DNA of 64,000 nucleotides from Trypanosoma brucei (Eukaryota): NCBI GenBank assembly GCA_000002445.1, contig AE017150.2, positions 576,001 to 640,000 of the forward strand, read 5' to 3'. Shown piece by piece: positions 58,492 to 64,000 of this stretch (position 1 is its first letter; each line of letters starts with the position of its first letter). The notes under the pieces were generated by a model. It saw only the letters and a program-made list of their open reading frames with translations, ran no database searches and was not told where the DNA came from. The position numbers and the translations under genes were made by a program.

Positions 58492-59581
58492 GCAGTTAGC
58501 TTATTTTGCCTCCCTTTTTTACTTTGACTCCTCTTTACGTCACCAATGGGCAGGGCGTCTTCTTCCTTTAGGTGAGAATTAATTTGCCGCTGCGGTACCG
58601 CGTTGAAGAAGCGCGCTGTAATATGCTTAAATGAGTAAAAATGACGAACACAATCTAAGAGAGTGTGCTGTGGCACTTCAAATACCCTTGTTGCTTTTGT
58701 TTTTTTTTTTAAAAAACTTGTAATGGTTGTTTGGTTACGTACGCTAAGTCCTTAGTGATCACTTAGGTGCAGACAATCAGAGATGGGCGGTGCACCACAG
58801 CCGAGTTAGTATATATTTTATCCTTAATTGCGAGATTCTAAAAAAGAAAACAACAACAGCAGCAGATGTGTGACTGAGGCACAAGAGATTGAAAGGAAAG
58901 CCACATATTGCGTCAGAGTCATTGACAAAGGGGGGGGGAAGGGTAGCAGGAGATCTATAACGGAATCAACTCCCGTTATTTCCCCATGCATTTTATTTTA
59001 TTATTATTGTTGTCGCTGTCGTTACTGTTGACGCCATCAAGAAGAGCAGTGGAAAAACACATGTGCTGAAGTGAAGACGATCTCAATAGAACTAATTCTA
59101 GCGGCAGAGAACAGTATTTACCCATCTGCAGTGATATCATGGTGAACAAGGGGGTAAGAAGAAAGCTCTTCCAACGTTTCACACTCGTAAGCCCCTTCCG
59201 TTCTGCTCCTTCTTTATCGCTGCTTGCAAAAGACAAAAATAAACCAACGACTATTCATTCTGCATTATTTTCTTATGTTTAAAGTTCTTCTTTCGGTATT
59301 ACACGTTCGTGGGCAAATATCAATTCCACTTACCTCATAAGCTGATCACGCACACACTCACGACTCATCTCCAACCCTGAGCGTCATTGCAGAGGCAACT
59401 GCGTGGCTGACCGATGGACCGAATCCCCGCACCGGGATTTCCCTCGGATGCGCGGTGTAGAAACTCATGCAAAAATTATCTTTTATCCCCCCCTCATATT
59501 CCCCGAAGCCGTGTCTACGGTTTTAACAGCTCTCTTCCACTTCGCGTGTTATTTTCACATGTCGCCACGGTGCACGTTTTA

Positions 59582-60727
59582 TCACTGTTCAGCACCATCC
59601 ACCACCTTCTCAGTTTCCTCCTTGTCCTCATGAACTTCCCCAACTGGCGTTGTTCCGAGGGCCCGCTTCGCCAGCAGTTGCTTCTGAACCTCCTCAGGCA
59701 GTTGGCGAAACCAGTAATCAAGAATGCCTTTAGAGAACCTAACAATATGAGGTGGAAAACCATCAGATAGGAATTGGCCCACAGCCACCCCAATCTTGGT
59801 GCCTATAAGTTGTTTCAGGGTAACGTTTGCACTCGCCAAGGAGGAAAGTAAGGAAACAATACGTTCCTCGTTTGCGATGCTAACCTCAACAACGTCACCG
59901 TTCAGACATTCCATGTACGTCTCTGTAAGTTCCTTCCCTGTAGTTTCTAAAGTTGCGTTCGTCACATCATGACGGCTCTTGCGCAGCATATCCACAACAT
60001 AAGCCACGTCGTCGTCTGCAGATGCGGCAGATCCTTCCCTTCCCACAGTGTCGTACGTTGCATTAGGGAGGTCTCTACCATCTTCACGGCCTCGTTTCCT
60101 TTCGGTACGTTTGCCGTACTCATCATCACTGGAGCCACCAGCCAACTCGGACTCGGAGCTGTCGCCACCAAAGTCCCTCAGAGTCTTGATTTTTCGCTTT
60201 TTTCTGTGGCGCTGCCCACTTTCCTCACTTTTTGTCTCCTTCCTTGAGATGTGATGACGTCCTTCGTCTTCTTTCCGCCTCTCTTCCACATGCTTTGATG
60301 CACCTCTTCTTAACGATAGTTTCCGTCGTTGCGGTGCTTCAACCGCTTTTTGCTCTCCGCCGTCGGCGAATTCCGTTTTTACACCTCTAACCCTCCGTTC
60401 ATTTGTTCCTCCAGCTTGTGCCTTGAGTTGTTCTTCATATAGTTGTATCGCCTCTTCGATTGCGACCGCGCAGCTCGCGTCTAACTTTCCTTCTTCCATC
60501 ATTCCCTCATCTCGATCCGGAAGAAAATATCTAATTTGCCCCTCATCTTCGCTGTTGGCGGCTGAGAGAGTGAGGGAATCGCGAGGAAGACAACAAACCC
60601 ACACGTCTGACCCCTCAGGCAGTGTTATGTCCCTGACCTCGTCGGGGTCCATGACAAAACCCGGCCACCAGGGGAATCGATCCTGTTTCAACCACACAAG
60701 GGTCCCTGGAGCAAATGATGGAATCAT
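59582..60727 (-). CDS. PWWP-domain protein with C-terminal TFIIS-N/LEDGF-like (LW) helical domain; chromatin reader (compare trypanosome TFIIS2-2-type proteins, but no Zn ribbon present)
   Basis: N-terminus MIPSFAPGTLVWLKQDRFPWWPGFVMDPDEV is a canonical PWWP motif. Central acidic/basic low-complexity region. C-terminal …LKQLIGTKIGVAVGQFLSD…ILDYWFRQLPEEVQKQLL… resembles the TFIIS N-terminal domain. Start at the first ATG (track start is GTG). Confidence 0.6.
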   Translation of the reverse strand: MIPSFAPGTLVWLKQDRFPWWPGFVMDPDEVRDITLPEGSDVWVCCLPRDSLTLSAANSEDEGQIRYFLPDRDEGMMEEGKLDASCAVAIEEAIQLYEEQLKAQAGGTNERRVRGVKTEFADGGEQKAVEAPQRRKLSLRRGASKHVEERRKEDEGRHHISRKETKSEESGQRHRKKRKIKTLRDFGGDSSESELAGGSSDDEYGKRTERKRGREDGRDLPNATYDTVGREGSAASADDDVAYVVDMLRKSRHDVTNATLETTGKELTETYMECLNGDVVEVSIANEERIVSLLSSLASANVTLKQLIGTKIGVAVGQFLSDGFPPHIVRFSKGILDYWFRQLPEEVQKQLLAKRALGTTPVGEVHEDKEETEKVVDGAEQ

Positions 60728-63700
60728 TTTTTTTCTTTTCCCCCCGTGGCTGGATGGGTTCAAAATGATGTCCCGACTGGTGTGCACATGTTTTTTTTAC
60801 CCGGTAATTGTAATATATGTAATGTATATATAAATATATATACGTATACGTGGTGGTGTGTGTGTGTGGGAGGGGGGGGGGAGGTGAGTAAAGTATGAGA
60901 GGAAAAAAAGAAAAAGAAAAGGAGAAAGAACAGAGGAGTTGAGAGACACTGACTTGTGAAAAGTAAACTCAAATAAAGCAGGATGGGACCAGGAACTGGA
61001 AAACGTGCAGGGGTAAAGGGAGTTAATGTACTGCTCCACCTCGTTATTACGCCCTTGTTGTTATTTTCCGTTTAGTTTATTTATTTGTAGGGGGACAAAC
61101 AAAACAACGTGCTATAGGGAGGGTGGAGATTTCCACCGGTCTACAGTAGTGTGACAACAAATCGCACGGATATAAGTAGAAAAAAAAACTAAAGAAAATG
61201 AAAGAAAGCTCGCAAGGGTGGAGATTTTTAGAAATACGGTAATAGCATTGTTGGCTTTTCTTTTTCTCTTAACCTCTTGTTTGATGTACAAACACTCGTG
61301 GGGGTTCATTTACCTTTTGAATTCTTTCTGTATTTCCCCTTCAATGCGTGCTAATATATTTAAGAATATATTTCAATTGAAGAAGTATTCTTTCTCAGAA
61401 TCCACTCCACCATCCCCCACCTTTGGCTTCGGCTTTGGTCTCGTCTTTCTTTTTTTTTTTTTTGTAGCCTTCATGTATTTACATATTCCCTTCACTCGGA
61501 CGCTTGATCTGGCCTTTTTTTTCTTTACGTTTTACTCTACTTCCCCTTTTAAAATTCTTTGCAAATCAATATGTTGCTTCCGGCTCCCTCTTCGTCTCTT
61601 CCTCTTTTTTTTCCGTTATTTCTCTTTCAATGTTATAAAAGGAAATAAAAAATTCACAAGGCGACTCCACCGTCGACATGATGTACTGAAACACGTAGAC
61701 ATCTGAAGATAAGGAATAATAATAGTAATAATAAAGGCGAAGAGTAAAACACACGCACACACACAAAGCCCAAGGGAAGAGGAAAAAAAAAGGTATAAAT
61801 CAATACATACATTTTATGTGTGTACATGCCACACGTAAAATAAAGAAAGAAAGTAAAAGCAAAAACGTGCATTTGGTGCGGCGGCAAATGGGAACAACAA
61901 AAACAACAAAAGAAAATTGCGTAAAGGATACTCGTGGGGGCTTCGCTGTACGGGGGCAGAAGGAAACCCAGTGGCATGAAACTAATATATATATATATAT
62001 AATTAATTAATTATTTATTTATTATATTTCCTTCAAAGTTTCCCCCTCTGGCGTTTCAATCTTGCTTTTGGTTCTTATCCCCATTCTCATTTTCACTCTC
62101 CTCGCTTTCATTTTCCCCTTTTCTTCTCTTCTCTTTTTTTTCCTTTTCAAATTTAAGCTTGCTTTTGTCTCTTGAACTTAGCCGAAGATACGTTACCGTA
62201 AATAATCGCCTGAAAAAGATGTTAAAAAGCAAATTCTTCTTTCCGTCCTTTTTTTTTTTGAAAAATAAAACAAGCACATCCCTGTTGACTTCTTTTCCCT
62301 TCACTTCTCTTTTAGACCGCATAAAGTAACTCCTCTTCCGTTGGGCGTAAAACAGAATATGAAGAGAAAAAAAAAAGAAGGTGAAGGTGAAGGTAAAGGA
62401 AGAAACAGGGTACTCAAGAAAAAAAAAACGCAAAAAAAAACTACAAAAGCAAAATCAACGGCAAAGCAGTGTTTTTCCTTTTTTTTGATTCCTTCACCGC
62501 ATTTCACATTCTCTTCTGGTGACAAACTGAGGCTCAGGCTCCACCATAAGAGAATATGAAAAAAAACATACAAGAAAAAAGAAAAAAATAGTAACGGTAG
62601 ATAAGTAAGTGACGCCAAGTGAATTAATACATATATCCTGATCGGCATTAATTTACTTGGCATTATTCGTTAAACAGCACGTGTGCTCATAAAAAAAGAA
62701 AAAGAAAGAAAAACATCGGTGCAAGATAAGTAAGGACAAATGCAATGATACGCACGGTAGTGACAAGAAGAGAATTCAACTGTAAGAATAAAGAAGAAAA
62801 TTGCTTCGTGCCATATTGAATGATTTTCCATTTCCATCTCTTCTTCTTACAGTTGAATTCTCTTCTCTTTTTTTTCTTTTCCTTTTTTTTTTAAACATAA
62901 AAGTTACGTCATCATTACGACCATCACCCTTCATCTGATAAAGTTTCTGGCGTCTTTTTTTTCCCCCTTCTGTGCGTCCCATTTTACCACCTCACCTACT
63001 GTTTCACGATATGGTGAGATTCTACATTTTCATATCGTATCATATTTCATATTTCCTTTATTGCCTCACATATAAATACAAAAATATGTTAATACAAATA
63101 TATAAACATATGTTTGTTTATGCATTTATTGTATGACATCACAAACACTTGTGACTAACAACAACCACGACTACAAGAAGAATAACAGCAACTACAACAA
63201 AAAAAATGCCAGAAACTTTATCAGATGAGCCGTGATGGTCTTTTTTTTTCTTTTTTCTGGTGACCTAACGCCAATTTCCCCCACCATTTTGTTACCCCTT
63301 CCCCCACCCTTATAAATTAATATATAAATATATATCTATATCTATATATTTGTATTAAAAAATGTATTTTATACATATTTATGCGTAAGCTTTCCGTGTT
63401 CATCCGTACAAACCACCACAGACATATATAGATAGATAGATAGATCATGTTTCAATTGATCGCGCAAGAGGAACATAAATTGTAGGCAACAATGAAAGTA
63501 GGGATTTAATGGTTATAAGTGAATTAATAACCAAATAAATGAAAACCATATGAATAAATATGTATAAAATACATTTTTAAATACAAATATATATATTTAT
63601 TTATAAGGGTGGCGCACATGGCTCAGAAGAGGCAAGTGAAGGAATGCCTCAAATGTACAACAAAAGGCCGACGTTGGGTGAATTGCGGGAGGAAAAACAA

Positions 63701-64000
63701 AAAAAAGGTTGAAAAGCGTAGAGACGATCAAAGCAGTTGGGTGACCATAAAGGCAAGAAAAAGTATATCATTAAATGATGTGCACAGTCAGACACACACA
63801 CACACACACACACGCATGTGGACAGATGCATATATAAATATAAATAAATAAATAAATATATATATATATATATACAAAGGTAAACATACATGTCCGTACA
63901 ACAATAATGATAGTGTTTATGATAATAATTAGTAATATCATAAAGGGAATCACCTCCAGCAACAATAATAAAAGGGGGAAGTGATACTGAAATTTGTGGT

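Overview
This window looks like a kinetoplastid nuclear chromosome segment, most consistent with Trypanosoma brucei chromosome 2. That assignment is inferred from gene content and order (ClpB/HSP78-like, oleate desaturase, ISG65 array, GT67-type glycosyltransferase), not from a database search. The sequence has no introns, no bacterial-type operons or CRISPR, polypyrimidine tracts ahead of every ORF, and unidirectional gene clusters. Two polycistronic units converge. Plus-strand genes run from 1 to about 41.1 kb: ClpB-family chaperone 3' part, fatty acid desaturase, a NAF1/Gar1-like protein, a 1003-aa PPR protein, a small 4-TM SFT2-like protein, then a 21-kb tandem array. Minus-strand genes run from about 60.7 kb back to 43.5 kb: PWWP protein, two CHAP-domain amidase-like paralogs, a hydrophilic hypothetical, a 761-aa polytopic membrane protein, a type II DxD glycosyltransferase and a PLAC8-like Cys-rich protein. 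The two units meet in a GC-rich, ORF-poor convergent strand-switch region at about 41.2-43.4 kb. The dominant feature is a head-to-tail array of six units of about 3.54 kb (19984-41200). Each unit carries a 125-aa ORF followed by a 436/437-aa type I membrane protein (signal peptide, Cys-containing ectodomain, one TM, short Lys-containing tail ...KRRRNSSKDVDTGKAEGGVSSVKVVM) that I recognise as invariant surface glycoprotein ISG65. Array members are near-identical but show patchwork (gene-conversion-like) variation concentrated in two ectodomain segments, a K-to-Q change in the cytoplasmic tail of copies 5-6, and a strongly diverged terminal copy. Outside genes the window is filled with AT-rich, microsatellite-rich intergenic DNA. 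Note that the ORF track uses alternative start codons (GTG/TTG); several CDS starts below are moved to the first in-frame ATG.
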